DNA of 64,000 bases, taken from assembly GCA_002269645.1 (NCBI GenBank), contig NIVC01000587.1, positions 186,001-250,000 of the forward strand, given 5' to 3'. Positions within the stretch are counted from its first letter, which is position 1. The number at the start of each line of letters is the position of its first letter. This DNA is from Macrostomum lignano (taxonomy: Eukaryota). Positions 13,462 to 25,574 of the stretch are shown piece after piece. Both the position numbers and the translations under genes were made by a program. The notes under the pieces were generated by a model. That model saw only the letters and a list, made by a program, of their open reading frames with translations, was not told the DNA's origin and ran no database searches.

Positions 13462-14147
13462 GCACCAAGCTTCTCCCGCATTCACAAAACTGCAATTGCG
13501 GTGTCTGTCAGATCGATGGCCGGCAAAGCTGTCAATTCTCCACTTTTTGGCAGGTTTTCTCCTTGAGTTTTTCTCCCTAATTAATAACTGCTACGGGCAT
13601 CAATCATCAGTTTGCGCTCTTTACGCTCGTATGTGAAAAAAGTTCCGGTGGCTTGAAGCAAAAATATTTCTTACTGCAAGTTTTTGCAGCAATCTAAAAG
13701 AGTCGCAGAGCGTCTCAGCCTCCGCGCCTCATCGATCAGCCCCGTTCCCCATTCGGTCAAAGCCATGGCCGACAAGTACAAATTGAAACTCGGAATTTTT
13801 GACAAAGTTTAGAATCTTCCCACTTAGAATTGATGACGTCTTTGTCGCAAAGCGAATGAGTAGTCTGCTCAGCTTTCCTCCAAATTTTCGCAAATGCAAT
13901 TTTTTTCAGGAGAAATCTCCCTCGGGGCTCTTCTTCATATTTCTCGAAATGAAGTCAATATTTTTGCTTCAAATCCAATTATTTTTCTGATTTCCAGGAA
14001 TTCGCATCGCGGCATCTAATAGATTAGATTTATGCTCTATAGTGACTACTGACGCTTTTGCTTGCCTAGTAGAGTGTATCGATTCTTTTATTGCGGTAAT
14101 GCACTGCAAATTCAGAGACAGGAAGATCAAAACTTGTGGGTGGCACC

Positions 14148-15205
14148 GGCTTCACAACTTGTGAATGGCCCCGATTTCAAAACTTGTGAATGGTGCCATC
14201 TTCAAAACTTGTGAATGGTGCCATTTTCACAACTTGTGAATGGTGCCATTTTCACAACTTGTGAATAGTGACTTTTTCACAACTTGTGAATGGCGTTGAC
14301 CTCAAAACTTGTGAATGGTGCCATTTTCACAACTTGTGAATGGCGTTGACCTCAAAACTTGTGAATGGTGCCATTTTCACAACTTGTGAATGGTGCCATC
14401 TTCAAAACTTGTGAATAGTGCCATTTTCACAACTTGTGAATGGTGCCATCTTCAAAACTTGTGAATGGTGTCATTTTCACAACTTGTGAATGGTGCCATT
14501 TTCACAACTTGTGAATGGTGCCATTTTCAAAACTTGTGAATGGCGTTGACCTCAAAACTTGTGAATGGTGCCATTTTCACAACTTGTGAATGGTGCCATC
14601 TTCAAAACTTGTGAATGGTGCCATTTTCACAACTTGTGAATGGTGCCATTTTCAAAACTTGTGAATGGTGCCATTTTCAAAACTTGTGAATGGCGTTGAC
14701 CTCAAAACTTGTGAATGGTGCCATCTTCAAAACTTGTGAATGGTGCCATTTTCACAACTTGTGAATGGTGCCATCTTCAAAACTTGTGAATAGTGCCATT
14801 TTCACAACTTGTGAATGGTGCCATCTTCAAAACTTGTGAATGGTGTCATTTTCACAACTTGTGAATGGTGCCATTTTCACAACTTGTGAATGGTGCCATC
14901 TTCAAAACTTGTGAATGGTGCCATTTTCAAAACTTGTGAATGGTGCCATTTTCAAAACTTGTGAATGGTGCCATTTTCAAAACTTGTGAATGGTGCCATT
15001 TTCAAAACTTGTGAATGGCGTTGACCTCAAAACTTGTGAATGGTGCCATTTTCACAACTTGTGAATGGTGCCATCTTCAAAACTTGTGAATGGTGCCATT
15101 TTCACAACTTGTGAATGGTGCCATCTTCAAAACTTGTGAATTGCGCCGACTTCAAACTTTGTGAATGGCGCCATCTTCAAAACTTGTGAATGGCGCCGAC
15201 TTCAA
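14148..15205. repeat. 25-bp quasi-palindromic minisatellite, ~42 copies
   Basis: Unit aacttgtgaatggtgccattttcac, with degenerate edge copies. Confidence 0.95.
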
Positions 15206-16473
15206 AATAAAGAATTGATTTAGTGAACTCTTGAATCTATTGTTAATTTTTATAGTGCAAAGTGTCAACAGATGTTAATTTGAAAAACAGGCAATACTAT
15301 TTGAAAACAACTTAATGGAATTAATTTTTGAGGTTGCTAATATTCAATACCAACCCACGCAATGCCCCAGCCCCAGCGCCTGAGAATTTTTGGCTGGCAA
15401 AAGTTCACCTGTGCACTACGAGACAGGATGATGGCAGCTCTGAGGTGGCAGCAGGGAAAGTGTGAGGCCATATGCAGAAAAATATCACGTGGCATCCCTA
15501 CAACAACCCTACAATAGGCAATTGCTTCTCCAGATGGCTACATTGGGGAAGAATTGCTTTAAAAAACTACCTGACATTTGTATATTCTGCAGTTGGCACT
15601 CAGCTGTTATCTGGAAGCCTTATATCGATTTTTTTCGCTATCCCTGACAAAGTTTTAACAAAAAAGCACTTCTTGCAGAAAATTTGCTCAATCGATCTGA
15701 ACGCCAATACAATCTGTAGATACAAATGAACATTAACTTTATTCCCTACTCAAGTGTGCTCAAGAGCCTGGCTGATAGTCAGCGGGACTGGCATGAGGAT
15801 TCTCTTTGGTCTGCTTTTTTTCACCCACTCCACCCCCAGTTTATGGATTTCTCCCAGAGCAACTGGTATTTTTATTGCACCGCATTGCAGAAGTTCAATG
15901 GGATTTATTTCCCAACCACAGGAAGCAGCCACCCCCACTCCTCTCCGGTTCTGCTCTGGTGGGCCAACAGTGAGGGGAACCCTGGGGCATGGGGGGGGTG
16001 GTGGGGAAAAGCCAAAGCACAATAGACTACCTCTAATCCCATTCTCCCGTCTCTCAACCCCACCTCTCCCTCTGTCCCATCTGCTCCTACGGTAGCCTAC
16101 CCTCAGGACCCCCGGGTTGCCATGGCAACACCTGCTGGAGGAGGGCGAGAGAGAAGCTCTGTTGGAAAGTATGAGACAGGCAGGCAGTGGAGCTGGGGTG
16201 GGAGGGTGAGGCGGCGGGACAGAGCGGGGCAATACGGAAGCAATGCAAAGCAATGGACAGGCAGGCAGCAAAGCCGGGAGCAAATGCCAGCAAGAGGAGC
16301 AGGAAGAGCCGCTCTCGCAGACGCATAAATTCACTGAGACAGCGCAAGTGTCCGGGGAAGGCAAACAAAAAAACTGACAAAGAAACTTCCTCAGCCGCAG
16401 AAGGTCACAGCGCGGCATCCTGCCTGACCGGAGAGACACTTAATTAAACTTGACGTCCGCCGTTCCTCAACAG

Positions 16474-17571
16474 ACCGTTGCCATTCAACCCGCTGCGTCC
16501 GCCAGCAGCGCCGTCCCCATTGCTAGCCGGTGGAAGGCCGCCAGCAGCGGCTGCTGCGAGAACAGTCAGCAGCGGCAGCTGGCGGAGACGACGGCAGTTT
16601 TTGATGTCCAAGAGGATGACGAACAACAGAAGCGGCAGCAGCCGGAGGTGCAGGACCTGCCAGCAGGCCTGACCGAGTACTCGCACCAGGTGGGCGGCAA
16701 GGGCCTGCTGTTCTGGCGGAAGTCGCCGATTCTGTCCGGCCAGTGCGGCGATCTGTACAAGCCGGTGCAGCGGCCGCCAAAGGGACCTCGCGAGGTGGCC
16801 TTCTATCGAGCGGCGGCCGCCGCCGGCAGCGATGCCGACTCGCCAGTGTTGGAGGGACTGCGGCCGTTCCTTGCTGACTTCCTCGGGCTGTACAGATGTC
16901 GGCAGGGAGGCGGGCAGCTGTACCTGGGACTCGGCGACGCCTTGAAGCACCTTCGCAGACCGTGCGTGATGGACTGCAAGATGGGCGGCCTGTCAGCCCC
17001 GCCGGGCGCCCCGGCCTCCAAGCGGCTGCTGCAGCGGGCGATGTACTCGCACCGAGGCCAGCTGGGCTTCGTCATCACGGGCTTCCGGGTGCCGCTGATA
17101 GGCCGATCGGAGCCTCGAGTCTACTCCATCTTGCACGGCCGCTCCCTGGATGCTGAGGCCGTGTACAGCAAGGGCTTCCTGCCGTTCCTGGCCGCGGCTG
17201 GGTCTCCCGGCCGAGCCGGCGCCGTGGCCTCCGCAGTGGCCGCCAGACTGGAGCAGCTGGACGCCTGGTTCGCTGTGCAGCGGTCCTTCCGGTTCTACGC
17301 CAGCTCGCTGCTCATCGCCTACGAGGCGGCGCCTGTGCAGCAGCCGCAGGAAGATTCTGACTGCTCCGGTTTCGCTGTAGTGGTCCGAGCTGTCGATTTC
17401 GCTCACGTGCACCGGTGCCGAGCCGATACGTCGTCAGAAAAAGTCAGCGGCGATGAAGCCACTTCCACAGATGCAGGCGGCGGCACAGATGAGAACTACC
17501 GTGCCGGCCTGGCCAGGCTTATCGCCTACTTCAAGCGGGCCTCTGCCGATCTTAGCGGGACCACAGCTTGA
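16474..17571 (+). CDS. IPMK: Inositol polyphosphate multikinase (IPK family), main coding exon
   Basis: Motifs HQVGG, REVAFY, PCVMDCKMG (PxxxDxKxG), FYASSLLIAYE (SSLL), VDFAH (IDF) and DENYRAGL in correct order. Acceptor ttcctcaacAG at 16473, stop TGA at 17569-17571. No in-frame ATG upstream of the catalytic core, so the start lies on another exon. Confidence 0.9.
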   Translation, partial: TVAIQPAASASSAVPIASRWKAASSGCCENSQQRQLAETTAVFDVQEDDEQQKRQQPEVQDLPAGLTEYSHQVGGKGLLFWRKSPILSGQCGDLYKPVQRPPKGPREVAFYRAAAAAGSDADSPVLEGLRPFLADFLGLYRCRQGGGQLYLGLGDALKHLRRPCVMDCKMGGLSAPPGAPASKRLLQRAMYSHRGQLGFVITGFRVPLIGRSEPRVYSILHGRSLDAEAVYSKGFLPFLAAAGSPGRAGAVASAVAARLEQLDAWFAVQRSFRFYASSLLIAYEAAPVQQPQEDSDCSGFAVVVRAVDFAHVHRCRADTSSEKVSGDEATSTDAGGGTDENYRAGLARLIAYFKRASADLSGTTA

Positions 17572-17596
17572 CTTTCAGTCCTTGTATACCGGAAGT

Positions 17597-17970
17597 GCTC
17601 CTGATGTCGCTGCTCCTGATGTCGCTGCTCCTGATGTCGCTGCTCCTGATGTCGCTGCTCCTGATGTCGCTGCTCCTGATGTCGCTGCTCCTGATGTCGC
17701 TGCTCCTGATGTCGCTGCTCCTGATGTCGCTGCTCCTGATGTCGCTGCTCCTGATGTCGCTGCTCCTGATGTCGCTGCTCCTGATGTCGCTGCTCCTGAT
17801 GTCGCTGCTCCTGATGTCGCTGCTCCTGATGTCGCTGCTCCTGATGTCGCTGCTCCTGATGTCGCTGCTCCTGATGTCGCTGCTCCTGATGTCGCTGCTC
17901 CTGATGTCGCTGCTCCTGATGTCGCTGCTCCTGTGTCGCTGCTGCTCCTGATGTCGCTGCTGCTCCTGAT
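17597..17970. repeat. 15-bp perfect minisatellite in the IPMK 3' region
   Basis: Unit gctcctgatgtcgct, more than 20 identical copies. Confidence 0.97.
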
Positions 17971-18062
17971 GTCGCTGCCGTTTTTGTAGTTTTCGCTTCT
18001 GAACCCATTTTCTCCAGTCTGCTTCTTTGCCGCCTTTAAATGCGTGGAAGCCGATGCTGTAT

Positions 18063-18068
18063 AATAAA
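18063..18068 (+). promoter_or_regulatory. Candidate polyadenylation signal of IPMK
   Basis: AATAAA ~490 nt after the IPMK stop, beyond the 15-bp array. Confidence 0.45.
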
Positions 18069-18325
18069 GTCCTTTTACCGTTAGTTCTGTACAGTTACAA
18101 GGATAGCATTCAAAACCTGGTGGAGTATATAAACAATATCAGGGGCAGAACAGCTAAGTCGTAATTATTATCATATCATGTCTAGTTGCAAATAGTAAAA
18201 ATTAATTAAAGTTTTTCTAGTAAAACAGTTCCTCTTCGAATCGGTAGAACAATTTGCGCTAATGCTCAGAGATACCGGTAGATAACAATTTGCTGGTACT
18301 GCTCTGCCTCAATCCTTACTTTCTA

Positions 18326-18517
18326 CTAACTTATAGTCTGCTTTTTTCCGGAATTTGCCAATAGCAATTTTTGCTTCAAGTCATGCATTGCTTTCGCTTC
18401 CGCCGCCCTATCTTTTCTGCTGCCAAAAGAATTAAAGTTACTTCGCAATTCTTCAGGTGAAAGTTTATCTGGCCATTGTGGCTCGCCGCCTTCAGTCTTT
18501 TTTGTTTTTTTAACCAT
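18326..18517 (-). CDS. Short ORF/exon of unknown gene, weak helix-extension-helix (SAP/LEM-like) resemblance
   Basis: 63-aa ORF MVKKTKK...DKLSPEELRSNFNSFGSRK...LKQKLL. A possible acceptor (catcctAG) lies upstream and a possible donor (GTTAGT) at 18330. Not recognised with certainty. Confidence 0.3.
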   Translation of the reverse strand: MVKKTKKTEGGEPQWPDKLSPEELRSNFNSFGSRKDRAAEAKAMHDLKQKLLLANSGKKQTIS

Positions 18518-18811
18518 TCCACGAAGTCTAGGATGAGTTCAGTTCTCTATGCATTATGAAAGCGTATCAGTTTGAGTACTTGGACTCGGGTTTCAACGCT
18601 TTAGTCTCAAGTTGGAATCAAGATTGCTATGGTAGATTGCTCACCAGAGTGTAAATAGTGGCCTATTCAAGTTGCTCAAACTTAAAAAACCCGCTACCGC
18701 CACTGCCTTAAGCCTATAGAAACCCGCGCATTTTGCTGTAGGATTTCAGTTCGACTGAGTGCCCATGCTGCACCGGTTATTACATGCGGGTATGGGACCC
18801 GCACCGGTACA

Positions 18812-20040
18812 GATACTACTGACACAAACACTAATGACACAAACAAACACTACTGACACAAACACTACTGACACAGACACTACTGACACAGACACTACTA
18901 ACAAAACACTACTGACACAAACACTACTGACACAGACACTACTGACACAAACAATCACAACTGACACAAACAATCACTACTGACACAAACAATCACAACT
19001 GACACAAACAATCACTACTGACACAAACAATCACTACTGACACAAACACTACTGACACAAACAATCACTACTGACACAAACACTACTGACACAAACACTA
19101 CTGACACAAACACTACTGACACAAACACTACTGACACAAACACTACTGACACAGACACTACTGACACAGACACTACTGACATAAACACTACTGACACAGA
19201 CACTACTGACACAGACACTACTGACATAAACACTACTGACACAAACACTACTGACACAGACACTACTGACACAGACACTACTGACATAAACACTACTGAC
19301 ACAGACACTACTGACATAAACACTACTGACACAAACAAACACTACTGACACAGACACTACTGACACAGACACTACTGACATAAACACTACTGACACAAAC
19401 AAACACTACTGACACAGACACTACTGACACAGACACTACTGACACAGACACTACTGACACAAACAACCACAACTGACACAAGCAATCACTACTGACACAG
19501 ACACTACTGACACAGACACTACTGACACAGACACTACTGACACAAACAACCACAACTGACACAAGCAATCACTACTGACACAGACACTACTGACACAGAC
19601 ACTACTGACACAGACACTACTGACATAAACACTACTGACACAAACAAACACTACTGACACAGACACTACTGACACAGACACTACTGACACAAACAACCAC
19701 AACTGACACAAGCAATCACTACTGACACAGACACTACTGACACAGACACTACTGACACAGACACTACTGACACAAACAACCACAACTGACACAAGCAATC
19801 ACTACTGACACAGACACTACTGACACAGACACTACTGACACAGACACTACTGACATAAACACTACTGACACAAACAAACACTACTGACACAGACACTACT
19901 GACACAGACACTACTGACACAGACACTACTGACATAAACAATCACAACTGACACAAACAATCACTACTGACACATGCAAACACTACTGACAGACACTACT
20001 GACGCAAACAAACACTACTGACAGACACTATTGACACAAA
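18812..20040. repeat. 15-bp minisatellite (with 19-bp variants)
   Basis: Unit actactgacacagac / actactgacacaaac. Confidence 0.95.
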
Positions 20041-20391
20041 GTTCGAGCTATTAAAACCACCAGCTACACTGCCAACCCTCTTTCAGAGTGAATTAATCCA
20101 GTGTGGTTGCATGCGTATTCTACAGGCTGGTCTACAATTTGCGCATGGTTCGGAAAAACGAATGAATTCACTCCATCCTGTCCTCCTTTTACCTCTCTGT
20201 CGATGTGCCTGAGTGGTAGGCAAAGTCAGCACTCATTTCTAACTGTGTTTACTCAACTTTGGCAAATAGAGCTTTTTGCCAGAAATTCCCTAATCCAGTC
20301 ATTCCTGCGACAGAGTTTAAATAGCTCGTAGGTAGCATCTACGACGCATATTCTGAGCATTTAGTACGTAGTCAAGAAAAGTTCAGGTTTG

Positions 20392-21140
20392 ACCACAGAT
20401 ACTAAAATAACTAGATGGGCCAGTCAGGCATATATGCTTAGTAAAACAGCTTTCTACTTTCAGTTCAGTAGCAAAGAAGAATACATAAGCTATTTTATAA
20501 AAAAGCTGAAATGACTGATAAGTTTAGAAGCCCAAGCTTACAGACGTAAACAGCTTGCTAATTGGTTCCGCAATAATGTACATTAGCCAGTCCACTGAAA
20601 TGTACATGGCAGCTTTAGGCTGGAATTCCGAGAAAGGCAATAAAAATTGGGGCGGGGCGGGGGGGAGTGTGGAAAGGTGCGGTTGGAGGGTTTAAGCTGG
20701 TGTAGGGCACAGATATTAGACGGGCCACTCAGCACATTTGCGTGTAAGCTACTTTCAGTTCAGTAGTAAGTTAAACAGAAGTATACTTTTAAAGCCAAGG
20801 CTCATCATTTATTCGCTCTTGCCCCCAGCTTAAACCCTCCAACCGCGCCTTTCCACACTACCCCCGCCCCGCCCCAATTTTTATTGCCTTTCTCGGAATT
20901 CCAGTCTAAAGCTGCCATGTACATTTCAGTGGATTGGCTAATGTACATTATTGCGGAACCAATTAGCAAGCTGTTTACGCCTGTAAGCTTGGGCTTCTAA
21001 ACTTGTCAAAGTCATTTCAGCAGCCTTTATTCTTTAAAATAGCTTATGCATTCTTCTTTGCTACTGAACTGAAAGTAGAAAGCTGTTTTACTAAGTTTAT
21101 ACGCCTGAGTGGTCCATCTAGTTATTATAGTATCTTTGGT
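20392..21140. repeat. Long imperfect inverted repeat (arms ~20392-20700 and ~20826-21140)
   Basis: Arms are reverse complements by eye over ~310 bp with scattered mismatches, around a ~125-bp spacer. Confidence 0.92.
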
Positions 21141-21186
21141 GTAGGGCTTTGGTGTAGAGTAAGAGCCAATAAATGAACCTTGGCTT
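20792..21186. mobile_element. MITE-like non-autonomous element with ~29-bp imperfect TIRs and TA flanks
   Basis: Left end aagccaaggctcatcatttattcgctctt and right end aagagccaataaatgaaccttggctt are inverted, with TA directly outside both. No coding capacity. Confidence 0.5.
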
Positions 21187-22599
21187 TACAAATACATTAA
21201 AATGCTTCTGTTTATTCTATTTTATTATGCTATTGTATACGAGCTAGTAGTATCTGTGGATTAGACAAAATTGAGCCTTATGGTCGCTATGGCTGCATGA
21301 ATCTCTCAGACCGCTTAATCATGCTTATTATATGAAGTCCTGGCCCATTGTTCGGGGATAGTTGATTGGCTCTCTAATTGTGATTACAAGTAGGCATTCA
21401 AGTATAGATATATTATTATTTATTTATTGCTAAACTATTCAATTGTGAAACTGACTGCCTATTTAATTGCGGTGGTATGAATCCTCTCGAGGAAGTCGGT
21501 GATTAATTTCAGCAGTTCAGCGGTGAACGCGTCCGACTCTCGCGCGCCACGACGCCCATGAGGGCCAGTCCAACTTTTTAGGAGGCCGATTTCCTGGAAA
21601 AAAAATACACCGCAGAGATAGGAAAAAATCATTTTTCAACACAAATCAATGATTACATTTGGGGAAGTGAAGATCGCCATCTCCATCTGTTACTCTGCTG
21701 TATTTTTATAAAGTTGTGCAGAGAAAGTTTCAATTTAATATTGTTTTCTTTTTATTTTATAAGCCGAAGCCAAATTTGTTTCTTGCATTTTGAATCAAGT
21801 ATATTTGTAATGAAATTGTTGCAATGCAGACACTCTTACCCTTAAGCAAGGCCTTGGCTTATAAATGGATTGCTTTCTAAAGGCTAGCTTAACAACAATA
21901 TGAAAAATGATATTAGTAAACATTGTCTGCACTTAATTATTTAGACAGGTCTAGGAACTGTACCTGCAAGAATGGCTTAATGGCTATCTCCGCTGTGTAT
22001 TTTTTCCATGAAAGTTGAGTATTACTACAGTGCTGGTCCTTGAGTATACATACCTGACTGCCATGAGCTACTATAAGTAGTAGCAGCGGATACACACTCG
22101 AGGCAAAACAGCCAAGCCAAGTCACTCAAAAGACAGCCGCATCTGCTCCAGATGTCTACACAGTGTGTGGGGTGTCTGTTCAGGCGCGGTTGCGCAACGC
22201 TGAGACCCCAGGCCCGCTGGGACAAAAGATGCTTATCAGCGACCTTCTCCAACCTTCAGTCCCCTCACAGATCCCGCTAATTTCGGGAAATCCTCTAGGG
22301 ATCAAATTAACTTGTTCCTCCTCTCCCCTCTACCACCCTCTTCCTGACTAGCTCTGCTGGGACAATATTTGAAAAGAAAATGCAGAAGCCATGCAGGCAA
22401 CCAAGTTGTATTGAGTGGGGCACTAAAGGCCTGGGAACCGCGTTGGGCAAAGAGAATTGTTGATAAAATGACAGAGCTGTTTTGCAAGGCCTGCTGTCTA
22501 GAAATTCTGTCTGTCTGTATTCTTGTGTCTCTGTTCATTGTGTCTGTCTTGTCTTTCTCTGCGGCAAAGGCTTTATTGGTTAATTAGAGTTGCCAAATT

Positions 22600-23197
22600 A
22601 GGATGCAGGCATGGATGCAGGATGTATGTAGGGATGTATGTAGGGATGGATGAAGGGATGTATGTAGGGATGGATGAAGGGATGGATGAAGGGATGTATG
22701 TAGGGATGTATGTAGGGATGGATGAAGGGATGTATGTAGGGATGGATGAAGGGATGGATGAAGGGATGTATGTAGGGATGTATGTAGGGATGGATGAAGG
22801 GATGTATGTAGGGATGTATGTAGGGATGGATGAAGGGATGTATGTAGGGATGGATGAAGGGATGGATGAAGGGATGGATGAAGGGATGGATGAAGGGATG
22901 GATGCAAGGATGTATGTAGGGATGGATGAAGGGATGGATGAAGGGATGTATGTAGGGATGGATAAAGGGATGGATGAAGGGATGAATGCAGGGATGGATG
23001 CAAGGATGGATGCAAGGATGGATGAAGGGGTGGATGCAGGGATGGATGCAGGGATGGATGAAGGGATGGATGCAGGCAATTGATGAAGGGATGGATGCAA
23101 GGATGGATGCAGGGATGGATGAAGGGATGGATGCAAGGATGGATGCAGGGATGGAGGAAGGGATGGATGAAGGGATGGATGAAGGGATGGATGCAGG
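22600..23197. repeat. 12-bp minisatellite
   Basis: Units gggatggatgaa / gggatgtatgta / gggatggatgca. Confidence 0.95.
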
Positions 23198-23528
23198 GTT
23201 TTATGTTTACTATTATCCTTCACCTACTTTTTAAACTCTAGGCAAAAAAAGTTTAAGGAAACGCATCTTACGAGCTGAAACATGCCAAGCTACATTGCAA
23301 TGCTTCTTCGTATGTACATTTACATGACCAAAAAAGCAATTTATATTTATATTCCTTCTTCTGATGCACTATAAATTCTTGTCTGTCCAGAACTGAACAT
23401 GCCCTAAAACTCCTACGAGTAAACTGGAGTCTGATAAACTGAGAAAAAAAATTAATTCGACAGAAAATTGAGAAAAGTGGCAGAAAGATGAACAAACTGG
23501 CCGTTCAACAGTGTTAGAAAAAAACCAC

Positions 23529-25457
23529 ACAGCCATCATCCCATCAGAGAAGTGCAGCAATGATCCAGGCACCCATTCAGCCATCATCCCATCAGAGAAG
23601 TGCAGCAATGATCCAGGCACCTATCCAGCCATCATCCCATCAGAGAAGTGCAGCAATGATCCAGGCACCCATTCAGCCATCATCCCATCAGAGAAGTGCA
23701 GCAATGATCCAGGCACCTATCCAGCCATCATCCCATCAGAGAAGTGCAGCAATGATCTAGGCACCCATCCAGCCATCATCCCATCAGAGAAGTGCAGCAA
23801 TGATCCAGGCACCCATTCAGCCATCATCCCATCAGAGAAGTGCAGCAATGATCCAGGCACCTATCCAGCCATCATCCCATCAGAGAAGTGCAGCAATGAT
23901 CCAGGCACCCATTCAGCCATCATCCCATCAGAGAAGTGCAGCAATGATCCAGGCACCTATCCAGCCATCATCCCATCAGAGAAGTGCAGCAATGATCTAG
24001 GCACCCATCCAGCCATCATCCCATCAGAGAAGTGCAGCAATGATCCAGGCACCCATTCAGCCATCATCCCATCAGAGAAGTGCAGCAATGATCCAGGCAC
24101 CTATCCAGCCATCATCCCATCAGAGAAGTGCAGCAATGATCTAGGCACCTATCCAGCCATCATCCCATCAGAGAAGTGCAGCAATGATCTAGGCACCTAT
24201 CCAGCCATCATCCCATCAGAGAAGTGCAGCAATGATCTAGGCACCTATCCAGCCATCATCCCATCAGAGAAGTGCAGCAATGATCTAGGCACCTATCCAG
24301 CCATCATCCCATCAGAGAAGTGCAGCAATGATCCAGGCACCTATCCAGCCATCATCCCATCAGAGAAGTGCAGCAATGATCTAGGCACCTATCCAGCCAT
24401 CATCCCATCAGAGAAGTGCAGCAATGATCTAGGCACCCATCCAGCCATCATCCCATCAGAGAAGTGTAGCAATGATCTAGGCACCCATCCAGCCATCATC
24501 CCATCAGAGAAGTGCAGCAATGATCTAGGCACCTATCCAGCCATCATCCCATCAGAGAAGTGCAGCAATGATCTAGGCACCTATCCAGCCATCATCCCAT
24601 CAGAGAAGTGCAGCAATGATCTAGGCACCTATCCAGCCATTATCCCATCAGAGAAGTGCAGCAATGATCTAGGCACCTATCCAGCCATCATCCCATCAGA
24701 GAAGTGCAGCAATGATCTAGGCACCTATCCAGCCATCATCCCATCAGAGAAGTGCAGCAATGATCTAGGCACCTATCCAGCCATCATCCCATCAGAGAAG
24801 TGCAGCAATGATCTAGGCACCTATCCAGCCATCATCCCATCAGAGAAGTGCAGCAATGATCTAGGCACCCATCCAGCCATCATCCCATCAGAGAAGTGCA
24901 GCAATGATCTAGGCACCCATCCAGCCATCATCCCATCAGAGAAGTGCAGCAATGATCTAGGCACCTATCCAGTCATCATCCCATCAGAGAGGTGCAGCAA
25001 TGATCTAGGCACCCATCCAGCCATCATCCCATCAGAGAAGTGCAGCAATGATCTAGGCACCCATCCAGTCATCATCCCATCAGAGAGGTGCAGCAATGAT
25101 CTAGGCACCTATCCAGCCATCATCCCATCAGAGAAGTGCAGCAATGATCTAGGCACCCATCCAGTCATCATCCCATCAGAGAGGTGCAGCAATGATCTAG
25201 GCACCCATCCAGCCATCATCCCATCAGAGAAGTGCAGCAATGATCTAGGCACCCATTCAGCCATCATCCCATCAGAGAAGTGCAGCAATGATCTAGGCAC
25301 CTATCCAGCCATTATCCCATCAGAGAAGTGCAGCAATGATCTAGGCACCCATCCAGCCATCATCCCATCAGAGAAGTGCAGCAATGATCTAGGCACCTAT
25401 CCAGCCATCATCCCATCAGAGAAGTGCAGCAATGATCTAGGCACCCATCCAGCCATT
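23529..25457. repeat. 48-bp minisatellite, ~40 copies
   Basis: Unit agccatcatcccatcagagaagtgcagcaatgatctaggcacctatcc. Confidence 0.97.
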
Positions 25458-25574
25458 ACTTTTGGGCTCAATTGCATGAAGTCACAATCCAATAACAACC
25501 CAGTGTCAGCACACCCTGACTGTCTAGTCACCTGTCAGTCATTAAACTGAGGTCCAGAAACTCGCCAGCTCCGG

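Noticed and set aside
23511-25550. 679-aa Cys-containing repeat protein
   Set aside because: Non-ATG start, ORF coincides almost exactly with a 48-bp array, and no unique domain. Openness is expected when the unit is a multiple of 3.
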